A stretch of 64,000 nt of DNA. It comes from the human T2T-CHM13v2.0 reference genome, Homo sapiens. Shown here piece after piece: positions 39,010-52,600 of the stretch. The position numbers were made by a program, and so were the translations under genes. Every line of letters begins with the position of its first letter. The first letter of the stretch is position 1. The notes under the pieces were generated by a model. The model ran no database searches and was not told where the DNA came from. It worked only from the letters and a program-made list of their open reading frames with translations. Location of the stretch: assembly GCF_009914755.1 (NCBI RefSeq), contig NC_060941.1. The stretch is one strand, 5' to 3'.

Positions 39010-39585
39010 GGGTTGCCATTAGGGAAATGCAAATTAAAACTGCAATGAACTATCATTACATGCCTATCACAGTAACAAAGCGTTTTAATATAGTGACAAC
39101 AGCAAATGCTGGCAAGGATTTGGAGAAACTAGGTTGCTCTTACATTGTTTGTGGGAATGTAAAATGATACAGCCACTCTGGAAAACTGTTTGGCAATTTC
39201 AAAAAAAAAAAAAAAAACTAAACATGCAACTACCATACATCCTACCACTTGGCATTTATCCCAGAAAAATGAAAGTTTACTTTTATAGAGAAACTTGTAC
39301 ACAAATGTTTATAGCAACTTTATGCCTAATAGCCAAATTGGAAATAATCCAGATGTCCTTAAATTGGTGAATGGTTAAATTGTGGTATATCCATACCATG
39401 GAATACTACTCAGCAACTAAAAAACCAAACTATTTATACATACAACAATCTGGATGAATCTTCTGAGAATTCTACTAAGTAAAAAAGGCAATCCCAGAAG
39501 TCTAAATGCTGCACAATTCCATTTATGTAACACTTTTAAAATGATAATAGAAGTAGGGAACAGATTAGCGGTTGCCAAGAGGAGA
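39010..39585 (+). mobile_element. Old L1 (L1MC/MD-type) 3' fragment
   Basis: ORF 39134-39370 resembles the L1 ORF2 C-terminus (LLHC.WECK.IQPLWKTVWQF). Confidence 0.7.
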
Positions 39586-40210
39586 AGAGGGTGTGTATAG
39601 CTCCCTTTCTTGTTTTCTAGCTAATGGATGCATTTTAAAATACCTTGTTTACCTTTTAAAGGATTTAGAGAGAAAAGGGATAGGTAGGCATGTGTGTTGG
39701 TTTGGCCTCTTGATTCAAGTTCTAAGTCACTTCTCCTTTTTATTCAGCTGTATGCTCAGTAAACATGACCTCAGACTAACATTAGCTTAAGCCAACACTT
39801 GTGGAAGTGTATCTGGTATTTCAAAAAATTGTGTAAGTTAGCTAGAGACAAACACAAAACTAAGGTTTTATGTCAGTTGGTGAAGGATTATTCCTGACAC
39901 TGATTTCTTCTTCTTCCTGTAATATTTGAAAAGTTATAGACCCATGGAGTAATAAGAAGTTTTTGGAATATGTGAGTTTTTTCCTGAGATATGAGTTCCT
40001 TGAAGGCAGAAACTGTGTCTTTTTCATTTCTATTCCACACCTGCTACATTACACAAGCATTGGCCTTCTTTTTGTTCTTGAACCAGTTCCCCCACCACAG
40101 GACCTTTGTACACGATGGTCCCTGTGCTGAGTACATTGCCTCTCCCACTCACTTGCCCACTGATTGTTCAGGTGTCTTTTAAAAGACATTTCTTCAGAGA
40201 AGCATTTTCT

Positions 40211-41037
40211 TTTTTTTTTATTTTTTATTTTTTAATTTTACTTTAAGTTCTGGAGTACATGTGTAGAACATGCAGGTTTGTTACATAGGTATACATGTGC
40301 CATGGTGGTTTGCTGCACCTATCAGCCCATCATCTAGGTTTTAAGCCCCACATGCATTACGTATTTGTCCTATTGCTCTCCCTCCCCTTGCCCCCCACCC
40401 CTTGACAGACCCCAATGTGTGATGTTTCCCTCCCTGTGTCCATGTGTTCTAATTGTTCAACTCCAACTTATGAGTGAGAACATGGGGTGTTTGGTTTTCT
40501 GTTCCTGTGATAGTTTGCTGAGAATGATGGCATCCAGGTTCATCCATGTCCCTGAAAAGGACATGATCTCATTCTTTTTTATGGCTGCATAGTATTCCAT
40601 GGTGTATATGTGCCACATTTTCTTTATCCATTCTATCATTGATGGGCATTTGGGTTGGTTCCAAGTCTTTGCTATTTTAATAGTGCTATAGTAAACATAC
40701 TTGTGCATGTGTCTTTATAGTAGAATGATTTATAATCTTTTGGGTGTATACCCAGTAATGGGATTGCTGGGTCAAATAGTATTTATGGTTCTAGATCCTT
40801 GAGGAATTGCCACACTGTCTTCCACAATGGTAGAACTAGTTTACAGTCCCACCAATAGTGTAAAAGTGTTCCTGTTTCTCCACATCCTCACCAGCATCTG
40901 TTGTTTCCTGACTTTTTAATAATTGCCATTCTAACTGGCATGAGATGGTATCTCATTGTGGTTTTGATTTGCATTTCTCTAATGACCAACGATGATGAGC
41001 TTTTTTTCATATGTTCGTTGGCCACATAAATGTCTTC
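40211..41037 (-). mobile_element. 5'-truncated L1PA (approx. PA7/8)
   Basis: Reverse 3'UTR and ORF2 end; 20-bp direct repeat tcttcagagaagcattttct at 40191-40210 and 41033-41052. Confidence 0.9.
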
Positions 41038-41395
41038 AGAGAAGCATTTTCTAAGTATTTACTCTAGACCAGGCCTATCATAAGTGCTATTATGCCCTCC
41101 ACCTTTTCTTCGAAGTAATATTTACAGCTGCAAGCATCTATTTATTTATATAGTATATTTTTAAGTTTAAACAGATTTCTTTATTATAGAACTTCTTAGA
41201 GTCTTTCACATCTAATATATATAATAAAATATTTCCCGAATTTAATTTGACCATCACTGCATGTTTCATGGGGAAAATGTTCCGTGGACACTTCAGAAGA
41301 TTTAGACCAGGAATTCTCAAACCAAGCTGCACATTGGAATCACTGGGGATCCCTTCTAAGACCAATCAAATCTGAGTCTTTGCAGGGTGAAGGCC

Positions 41396-41525
41396 CAAGA
41401 ATACATATATATATATGTATGTGTGTGTGTGTGTACATATATATATGTATATGTACACACACACACAGTCTCGCTCTGTGTGTGTACATATATATATATA
41501 TGTATTCTTGAAGGCCCAAGAATAC

Positions 41526-41567
<42 letters not shown>

Positions 41568-41603
41568 ATATATATATGTGCACACACACAGTCTCACTGG
41601 GTG
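41396..41603. repeat. Compound (TA)n/(TG)n/(CA)n microsatellite with direct and inverted duplications
   Basis: Read directly from the sequence; sits where the tail of the adjacent Alu is expected. Confidence 0.9.
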
Positions 41604-41878
41604 ACAGTCTCGCTCTGTCACCCAGGCTGGAGTGCAGTGGCGCTATCTCAGCTCACTGCAAGCTCTGCCCCTCCAGGTTTAAGCAATTCTCTGCCTCAGC
41701 CTCTGGAGTAGCTGGGATTACAGGCATGTGCCACCATGCCCTGCTAATTTTTTGTATTTTTAGTAGAGACAGGGTTTCACCGTCTTGGCCAGGCTGGTCT
41801 TGAACTCCTGACCTCGTGATCCACCCACCTCGGCCTCCCAAAGTGCTGGGATTACAGGCGTGAGCCACCGCGCCTGAC
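41604..41878 (-). mobile_element. AluS within a MER5-like element
   Basis: Reverse Alu body; aagaatacata follows the Alu 5' end (41880-41890) and recurs at 41397 and 41518. Confidence 0.9.
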
Positions 41879-44800
41879 CAAGAATACATAATTTTTAAGA
41901 GCTACTAAGTGATGTTAATGTTCATGTAGGCTGAGAACATAAGGTCAAGTTTTTAATATCTATCCCTCCCACCAGGCTGTAAGTCTCATGTAAGCCATAA
42001 TGTTTTGTTCATTCCTGTATTCCTAGCATAGGACATACCCATATATAAAATAGGTACTCAGTTAATTAATGTATTTACTCATTAACAATTTAGTGACAGC
42101 TATTACGTGTCAGACTGTATTCTAGGCAGCGGGGATGTAACCATAAACAAACAGACAAAAATCCCCATCTCTGTGGAGCTTACATTTTATGGAGTAATAA
42201 TAATACATACTAAGTGGTTCCTACATGCCAAGCCATGTTCTTATGACTTTATATACATGAATTGACTTAATTCTCACAGCGTATCTTTAGGAGGCATTAT
42301 TGCCTCTAATTCATGGTTGAGAAAACTGAGATACAAGGAGGTTAAGAAATTTGTGCAAGGTCCCATAATAAGTAGGGGCTGAGCAGGGAGTTGAACCCAC
42401 GCATTGTTACGCAAGGGCCCATCAGTAACCACCAGCAAATCCTGGGCAATAAAATGTCTCTGAATTAACAAACAAATGCATGAATTGGTCTCTGAATCAC
42501 CTAAAGCCTAAGGAGGTATCCTGTTCACGATGGCAAGCCAGTCATTTAGCCCCATCTCCCATCTTCTGCTCTACCCCCACAGGTCCCCTTAGAGGGCATC
42601 TCCAGCCTTGGAGTGAATAGCGCTACACACAAGGGATGCACTTCCCAGTAGGGCAGATTTTTCCATTGTTGAATAGGAGTTTCTAACCTTTCTGGCTTGT
42701 ATCATTCATTTTAAAATCAGGTGGGCTGAGTCACAGATAAAATAAACACACCGTGGGCACAGCAAACACACTACAGAAACTCCTAATCTTCTCCAAATAT
42801 TTCACACGATATGGAAAAATTTCAGAACCAACCAAAAATAAATAAACAACTGTTGAGATGATTTACAGTCTGGCCAATAAGCAGGCTCAGGGTCTATCTG
42901 GCTTTCTCAATCTCAGGACCATCTGCCAATCCTTTTGCTCCAGATTGTGGAATCAGGAACAGCATCAGAAGTTAGAGGAACCATATTTCAGAAAACTTTC
43001 TCTAATATTTACCATTTAACTATTATATGCCTCGCATTGTGCCAGCTCTTGTCATATGCAAAAGCTCCCTGATGACTTTCCACTGATTTTAGCTCTGACC
43101 TCCAAGAGCACCCAGGAAGTCTGAATAGCAGCTCTTCTAATATTTGAAAATTGCTATCACCTTCCTCTTTTTCCTGCCTTAGGTCATTTTGTTCCAGGCT
43201 ATAAAATATCCCCTGTTCCTTTCATTGGCCTTCATATGGTATAGTGACTCTTTCTCTTAAGTGTAAGGCCCACCGTTAAACAAAACCTTCAGTCCTGTGG
43301 CCTGAGTGGCTCTGATACCAACAGAACTGAGTCTTTGGCCATTTGTATACAATACCTCTGAGGAATCCACCTAAAACTCTTCCTACCTAACATCACTGCA
43401 GGGAAGAGTCCAGTGGAAATTTCTCATTCTTTAGACATGTTCTTTCCTTCCTCCAAACCTCTTCTCTGCCCAATAAACCCTTAGTCATCCTTCAAAACAA
43501 AGCCCTCACTGGCCCCCACCTCCCACCCATACAGAACCAGCCACTTACATCCTCTGTAACACTTCAGTGGCCTGCAAACACTATTTTCACTCAGCACATT
43601 AGACAACATGACATTTATTTGCATGCCTGTCTCTATGGATAACTTGAGGGCAAAAAGAAATTACACCTCATTAACTGTCAGTGCACAGTACCTGGCTAGT
43701 TGTTGAGCTGAACTAAACTCTTGATAAGAAACAACTATGAAAGCAAAAATTCTGTGTAAAAGCAAAAGGAAAACATAAGAATAGGTATTATTTGTTTGTT
43801 ATTCAAAAAACCTTCAGCTAGGTAATGTGGGCACAGTGAAGATGTGCTATACGTGATTTCTCCCTGTAGGGAGCATATAGTTAAGATGTCATTTACTCAT
43901 TCATTCACTCATTCATTCACCCATCATTCAACAAGCACCACTGAAGTTCCTACTATGTGCCAGGCATTTTTCTAGTCACCACAAATGCAGCAGTAAATAA
44001 GATCAGCACAGTTGCTGCCGTAATAGTGGAGTTCCTAGCCAAGCAGTGCAGGAATTTACTAATATTTAGGCATCCATTCCTTTACCAGTCAACAAATACT
44101 AAGTGTTCATGATGTATCAGGTAGTGCACAAGCCTCTGAGTATGCAGCAATGAACAGACTAAACACAGTCCCCTTGTTTATGGAGCTTGGATGTTAGTGG
44201 TGAAAACAAAGCTCACCAACATAAGAATTCACTTTGCAGTGTAAAGAAAATAAAACCTGTCATTGACCAAAGTGTTGAGGCAAGCCTTTTTAACTGACTT
44301 TGTCCAACACCCTTCTTTCAGTGAGCCTCACCTCGAATCATTTTCTTTTGTAAGTACTGTGGTTCACAGCTCTCTTCTCAGACCCCTGCCCCTTGTCTTC
44401 AGTTTCATCTTACACTATGGTGGCTCCTCCAAGCTCACTGTCTTCAACACACTTGCCACTGGAAAGTTTCTGCAAAGGTGATTATGTCACCAACTTAGTA
44501 GAGCAGCTTATTCCTCCCTCTTCCCTGTCATACACCCCTCGGGAACTCTGGAGCCATGAAGCCTTGGCGGAGATGGAGGCCCACCAGGCAGCTCTTTATT
44601 GCCATGCAACTGTGAGATTCCTCTCCACACTTCCTCCTGGGGAAAAGTCAGCCTGCCAGTGGAGATTTAACAGTGGAGTAGTGCATAGTGACTTGCCAAG
44701 TTTCCCCTGCCCCCCAGCTACCGCCATCCCCACCATCCCTACCCCTGGACTGAACAAATGGCATCACTTATCCCCTGGGAGCCTGGCAGTTGCTGAGCCC

Positions 44801-45548
44801 ATACGCCTCAGGGACTGGTGAGTTTCCAGTGGCCACAGAGGCAGGTCTCCACTCAAGGCACATGCAGACTCAAGCAGAGCTGTGTCTGTGACTACCCAAC
44901 TGGACACGCAGCTGGCACTGGAGATGATAAGCCGCTTTCTAGGTCACCTTCTCCCTGCAGAGATTTTTCTCTTGAATCATTTTTGGCCAGATCCCTTTGC
45001 AGCATTATAGTTTGTCAATAGTCCGCGACTGCTTTCTAGAATTTCTCTCCAGGAAAAAGTGTGTTTTTCTAAGAAATAGGTGTTGTAGCCTGAAGCCTAA
45101 TTTCATGAGAAGGCTCAAAACTGAAACAAAAATAATCACCCTCAAGTCTGGAAGCTGAAGGGCCTCTCCAGTCCCTGAAGGGTACTTCCCTTTGGGAGGT
45201 TGGGGGTGGAAGGTGTCCCTTTGTGTTGTTTTAATACAATTTTTCCAACTATAAAAATAATGTAGGCTCCTTATATCAGCTAGGGTTCCAGCAGAAAACA
45301 GAAGCCATGCTCATCTTGAATTTTGAAGAAATTTTAATGAAGGGATTATTTACAGAGAGGTGACGAGGGTTCATGAAAGGACAAGGGATTTTAAAGCACT
45401 TAGGGACTAACAACATTGGGCCAGTCTTATCACCCCTACACTTGAAAAGGAGTGGGGTAAAACGTGGGGTGAGAGGAGCACCAATCAGACGCTGTTGTGT
45501 GAAAAGACACAACCACAGCCATACGGAGGCACTGGCTGTACCCAACTA

Positions 45549-46133
<585 letters not shown>

Positions 46134-46320
46134 CTATTGAATGAATAAAATGACATCACTTCTCTCTCCTGGAACAAAATGAAAACAAAACAAAACAAAA
46201 CAAAACAAACAAAAAAATGCTTGATGTCAGCTGGGTCCCCAGAAACTAAAATGTGTGCAGCATCTTTTTCACCTCATCTACACCCTACTGTTTGAGAGCA
46301 CATTTTAAGAAGGGGCCACG

Positions 46321-46612
46321 GGCCAGGCACGGTGGCTCACACCTGTAATCCCAACACTTGGGAGGCCAAGGCGGGCAGATCACTTGAGGTCAGAAGTTCA
46401 ACAGCAGCCTGGCCAACATGGTGAAACCCCGTCTCTACTAAAAATACAAAAATTAACTGGGCATGGTGGCACACGCCTGTAATTCCAGCTACTCAGGAGG
46501 TTGAGGAAAGAGGATCACTTGAGCCCAGGAGGCGGAGGTTGCAGTGAGCTGAGATTGCGCCACTGCTCTCCATCCTGAGCAACAGAGCTAGACTTCGTCT
46601 CCAAAAAAAAAG
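46321..46612 (+). mobile_element. Alu (J/old S)
   Basis: Full dimer; gaggatcacttgagcccagg J-type diagnostics. Confidence 0.92.
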
Positions 46613-49600
46613 AACATCGAACATTGCAAAGAGCAGGAAAAAATCATTCTTACTTTTACATCCCAAAGAAATCTACTCCTTGAAGAAACTTCTGGTTTTT
46701 TTTTGACATTTTATAACAAAGTTAAGATTATACATTTAATAATTATTATAATATTATTATACCTACCTAAAAATAGTGATGAATACTTGTCAAGCCCATA
46801 CCATGTGCTAGCCATTGGGTCAGGACTTTATAGGCATTGCTTCTTCTAAACCTCATACAGTCCTGTGGAGTAGGTACTACTATTATCCTCTCCTAATGAA
46901 TGAGGAACCTAAGGCAAAGACAAGAACTTGCTGAAGGTCCCACAGCCAGTATATGCCAGAATCAAATTTAATCCCAATCATTGATCCTAGGGTCTTTCCT
47001 CTTAAGGACTACACTATCCCACCAGCTTTTCCACCACCCATCAGCTTAAAGGAAGTTTCTAATAGTTTCTTCCCCCATCTTGATTTTTCTAGTTTCAAAT
47101 CATATAGTTGCAGAAAGCTAAATGTAGTATATGAAATAATATCAAACTCTCCTAGTCTACCAGTCTACCCCACCTCCAAAGAAAAGAAAAATAAAATTAA
47201 TAAAATTTTTAAAATTAGAAAAATTATATATAGTTTTATAAAATTATAAAGTTAATTTTATACTCATACTCAAAAACATGAGTCAAGTAGCTTAAATTTT
47301 AACAAAAATTGACATCTAAATAGATGAAGATCCATCACCCCCAACTAATCCCACTGCCTCAGATGTTAAACGGGAACACATCCATGAATGCTGAGAGCAG
47401 GCTAAACAGGATGGGCTGCCTACACATTCACCGCATCTAAATAAATAGGTTTGGAGATCTTCTAATCAACCATTTCCATTTCTGATGACGTGTGTGCTAA
47501 GAACTACACCAATCAATAGAAATAATTCATCAAGGGAATGGTGGTTAAACTGTTCACTGCCAAAGAACTGTCCACTGCCAAAGGAAGGATTTAGTCTGTT
47601 CTACAAAGTGCTTTAAATTCTGACAATGTGCATTTGGTTTAGGAAAGTCCATCCCACTCTTCAGACTCTTTACTACAATGACTGATGAACCCGTCAAGAA
47701 AAATGAGATTAACTATATTCTAAAAAATGCCTCACATCAATGGCAAGTGTTTGTCAAAATCTTGACTTGTCTGTTCTATACAGTGTGTTAACTATGGCAT
47801 GATATAAACTAAGCCAAAGTGATACAATCCCCTGTGAGCCCATGACCTGGGAAGGATGAGGTCATTGTAAACTTTGGTAGCAGAACCACGGTCTTCACTA
47901 AGACAGAATTATGTAGAGGAAAGAGACCTAGCCTGAAGTCAGGAGGCTATTGTGCTAGTTCTGGTCCTGCCGTAACTACCTGTGTGACCTTGAGTAAGTC
48001 ATGTCTCGTCTTTAAACCTTAGTTCTCCCTGTGAAGAAATTAGGGAATAAGATTAAATCAGTGGTTTTCAAACATCTATAGAAACTTAGGTCTCCACAGA
48101 GATGCCTATGGCCTATGGGACAACATGAAGTGACAGGGGAGGTGGCAGTAGGGGGTTTCCCAGATTCCGTTTTCTAAATTAGGTCTTCCTGTTGTATTCT
48201 TTCAGGGGACCATGTAAGCTTCTCTCACAGTCCTTTTCCCACTTTGTAATTTCATCTTTATTTATATATTAATTACTTAATATCTGTTTTTTTCTAGATT
48301 ATATTCTCCATGAGAGCAGAGACTATGCCTATTTAATTCACCGTTACAAACCCAATGAGTAGCCCAGTACCTGGCACTTGGTACATGATACATTATTGAA
48401 TGAATGAATACATGAATGAGTTAATACCTCTCATTTCTGGCCCTGGAAGTGCCTGTGAACATGGATATGATTAGTCTCAGTAAAGAAAACACATTGTTTT
48501 CCTCCTCCTCTTTATTACTACACCAAGTGTAAAGAACTGTGTCTGAGTTGTGGCTTGGCCCTACCTCCTTGCTAACTATATGACCTTGAGTACAAAGGTC
48601 ATAACTTCTCTGAGCTTTGGTTTCCTTTTCTTTAAAACAACTAGGTTAATTTGTGATATCTCAGGTCTCCTTCTATAGCATTCCATAATTTCATTATTTA
48701 GTCTCTTCCTCAATCCAAAAGTTAAATAAAGCTGATGATCCTGCATAAATTTAGTATTCAATAGCATAGAGTTAATCTGTGGAAATGAACAAGCTCTCTC
48801 TGGTGAAGAGATACCCAGAGATTATATGAGATGCCCTGAGACATACAACCATGAATTGGCAAAGACACAGAACCAAGAGACAAGTCATTACTCTGCCACC
48901 TAACATCTTTGTGATCTTGGAAAACGTTTCATCTCTTCTGATAAGGAGAGTATTACTGTCCCAGCTGCCCCATGTGATATTATGAAGAACAAAACAAATG
49001 AGATAATATGTTATAATGCTTTGTAAATTATAATGTGCAGTATAAATGTAAGATAATACTATCACTATTAGGTTAACATAAAGGTCATAAAGCCAAAATA
49101 ATTAAGCAATGCCATGCTGGTACATAATAGACCAATGGATTCGAAAGGAAAATTCATAAGTAGCTCCAAATACAGAAATTTTGTATAAAATAAAAATGAT
49201 GTCACATACCAGTGAGGAAAATACATAAATTTCAATAAGAAGGCTACTGGGCTACCATCTAAATGTAAAATAAAATTGTATTCATGTTTCACTTTATTAT
49301 GTGAAACATGATAATATTAGTTTATATCATGCCATAGTTAACACACTGTATTCCAGAGTACATTATAAGGGGACCAGAGATTTCCATATAAAATAAAATA
49401 ATAAAATTTCTAGAATAAAACATGGGAGAAATCTTTTATAACTACAAAAGGAAAGGCATTTATACCATAGTATGGTTTAATATCGAGAAAAAAACTCAAC
49501 CTCACTTTTTAAGAGAACTTCAACAAAAACAACTATGAGCAAAGTAAATAAGACAAATATTCATAACAATGGACACAGGCTCATTTTTTTTTTTAATCTC

Positions 49601-49631
49601 TCATCACACAAGTCATAACCCCTTATTTAGG

Positions 49632-52600
49632 CTTTGGGTTTTTATTTTTCTGTAAGTTATTGGGGTACAGGTGGTATTCGGTTACATGAGTAAGTTCTTT
49701 AGTGATTTGTGAGATTTTAGAGCACCCATCACCCGAGCAGTATACACTGCACCATATTTGTAATCTCTTGTCCCTCGCCCCTCTCCCACTCTTCTCCCCA
49801 AGTCCCCAAAGTCCACTGTATTATTCTTATGCCTTTGCGTCCTGATAGCTTTGCTCCCACTTATCAGTGAGAACATATGATGTTTGGCTTTCCGTTTCTG
49901 AGTTACTTCACTTAGAATAATAGTCTCCAATCTCATCCAGGTCACTGCAAATGCTGTTATTTCATTCCTTTTTATGGCTGAGTAGTATTCCATTTTTTTT
50001 ATATATATATATATATGTATCATTCCTTTTTATGGCTGAGTATTCCATTTTATATATATATATTATATATAGTGATATATATACAGTGATATATATATAT
50101 ATATCACAATTTTTTTAATCCACTTGTGGATTGATGGGCATTTGTGTTTGTTCCACGATTTTGCAATTGTGAATTGTACTACTATAAACATGCATGTGCA
50201 AGTATCTTTTTTGAATAATGACTTCTTTTCCTCTGGGTGGATACCCAGTAGTGGGATTGCTGGATCAAATGGTAGTCCTACTTTTAGTTATTTAAGGAAT
50301 CTCCACATTGTTTTCCATAGTGGCTGTACTAGTTTACATTCCCATCAGCAGTGTAGAAATGTTCCCTGATCACTGCATCCACACCAACATCTACTGTTTT
50401 TTGATTTTTTGATTATGGCCATTCTTGCAGGATTAAGGTGGTATCACATTGTGGTTTTGATTTGCATTTCCCTGATCATTAGTGTTGTTGAGCATTTTTT
50501 CATATGTTTGTTGGCCATTTGTATATCATCTTTTGAGAATTGTCTATTCATGTTCTTAGCCCACTTTTTGATGAGGTTGTTTTTTTCTTACTGATTTGTT
50601 TGAGTTCATTGTAGATTCTGGATATTAGTCCTTTGTCAGATGTATAGATTGTGAAGATTTTCTCTCACTCTGTGGGTTGTCTGTTTACTCTGCTGACTGT
50701 TCCTTTTGCTGTGCAAAAAGCTCGTGCAAAAGTTTAATTAGGTCCCAGCTGTTTATCTTTGTTTTTATTGCATTTGCTTTTGGGTTCCTGGTCATGAAAT
50801 CTTGCCTAAGCAATGTCTAGAAGGATTTTTCCAATTTAATCTTCTAGAATTATTATAGTTTTAGGTCTTAGGTTTAAGTCCTTAATCCATCTTGAGTTGA
50901 TTTTTTTTATAAGGTGAGAGATGAGGATCCAGTTTCATTCTCCTACATGTGGCTAGCCAATTATCCCAGCACCATTTGTTGAAAAGGGTGTCCTTTCCCC
51001 ACTGTAAGTTTTTGTTTGCTTTGTCAAAAATCGGTTGGCTGTAAGTATTTGGGTTATTTCTGGGTTCTCTATTCTGTTCCATTGGCCTATGTACCTATTT
51101 TTATGCGAGTACCACGCTGTTTTGGTGACTATGGCCTTATAGTGTAGTTTGAAATCAGGTAGTGTGATGCCTCCAGATTTATTCTTTTTGCTTAGTCTTG
51201 CTTTGGCTATGTGGGCTCTTTTTTGGTTCCACATGAATTTTATAATTGCTTTTTCTAATTCTGTGAAGAATGATGGTGGTATTTTGATGTGGATTGCACT
51301 GAATTTGTAGATTGCTTTTGGCAGTATGGTCATTTTCACGATATTGGTTCTACCCATCCATGAGCATGGGATGTGTTTTCATTTGTTTGTGTCATCTATG
51401 ATTTCTTTCAGCAGTGTTTTTAGTTTTCTTTGTAGAGGTCTTTTGACTCCTTTGTTAGGTACATTCCGAAGTATTGTATTGTATTGTATTGTATTGTATT
51501 GTATTGTATTGTATTGTATTGTATTGTATTGTGTTGTGTTGTGTTGTACTGTATTGTATTATATTGTATATTTTGCAGCTATTGTAAAAGGGGTTGAGTT
51601 CTTGATTTGATTATCTGCTTGGCTGCTGTTGGTGTATAGAAGAGCTACTGATTTGTGTACATTAATCTTGTATCTGAAAACTTTGCCAAATTTTTTTATC
51701 AGTTCTAGGAGCTTTCTGGAGGAGTCTTTAGGGTTTTCAAGGTAAACAATCGTATTTTCAGCAAACAGTGACAGGTTGACTTCCTCTTTACCAATCTGAA
51801 TGCCCCTTTTTTTCTCTTGTCTGATTGCTCTGGCTAGGATTGGTACCAATTCTTCTTTGAATGTTGAAGAGGAGTGGTGAGAGTGGGCATCCTTGTTCTG
51901 TTCCAGTTCTCAGAGGGAATGCTTTCAACTGTTAACCATTCAGTATTATGTTGGCTGTGAGTTTGTCATAAATGGCTTTTATTACATTAAGGTATGTCCC
52001 CTTGTATGCCAATTTTGCTGAGAGTTTTAATCATAAAGCAATGCTGGATTTTGTTGAATGTTTTTTCTGCATCTATTAAGATTATCATGTGATTTTTGTT
52101 TTTAATTCTGTTTATGTGGTGTATCACATTTATTGACCTGCATATGTTAAACCATCTCTGCATCCCTGGTGTGAAACCCACTTGATCATGATGGACTATC
52201 TTTTTGATATGTCATTGGATTCAGTTAGCTAGTATTTTGTTAAGGATTTTAGCATCTATGTTCATGAAGGATATCAGTCTGTAGTTTTCTTTTTTGGTTA
52301 TGTCCTTTCCTGGTTTGGGTATTAGAGTGATGCTGGCTTCATAGAATGAATTGGGGAGAGTTCCTTCTTTCTCTATCTTATGGAATAGTGACAAAAGGAT
52401 TGGTACCAATTCTTTGAATGTCTGGTAGAATTCTGCTGAGAATCTGTGTGGTCTTGGACTTTTTGGTGGTAATTTTTAAATTGCCATTTCAATCTCGCTG
52501 CTTGCTACTGGTCTGTTCAGGGTATCTAATTCTTCCTGATTTAAGCAAGGAGGGTTGTATTTTTTCCAGGAATTTATTCATCTCTTCTAGGTTTTCTAGT

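Noticed and set aside
41284-41889. Cluster of overlapping ORFs rich in H/T/Y/I/C/V
   Set aside because: Translation artefacts of dinucleotide repeats and Alu sequence.
44393-44821. 142-aa ORF in a GC-richer patch
   Set aside because: Non-ATG start, no recognisable domain and no match to recalled ANKFN1; possibly an old LTR remnant.
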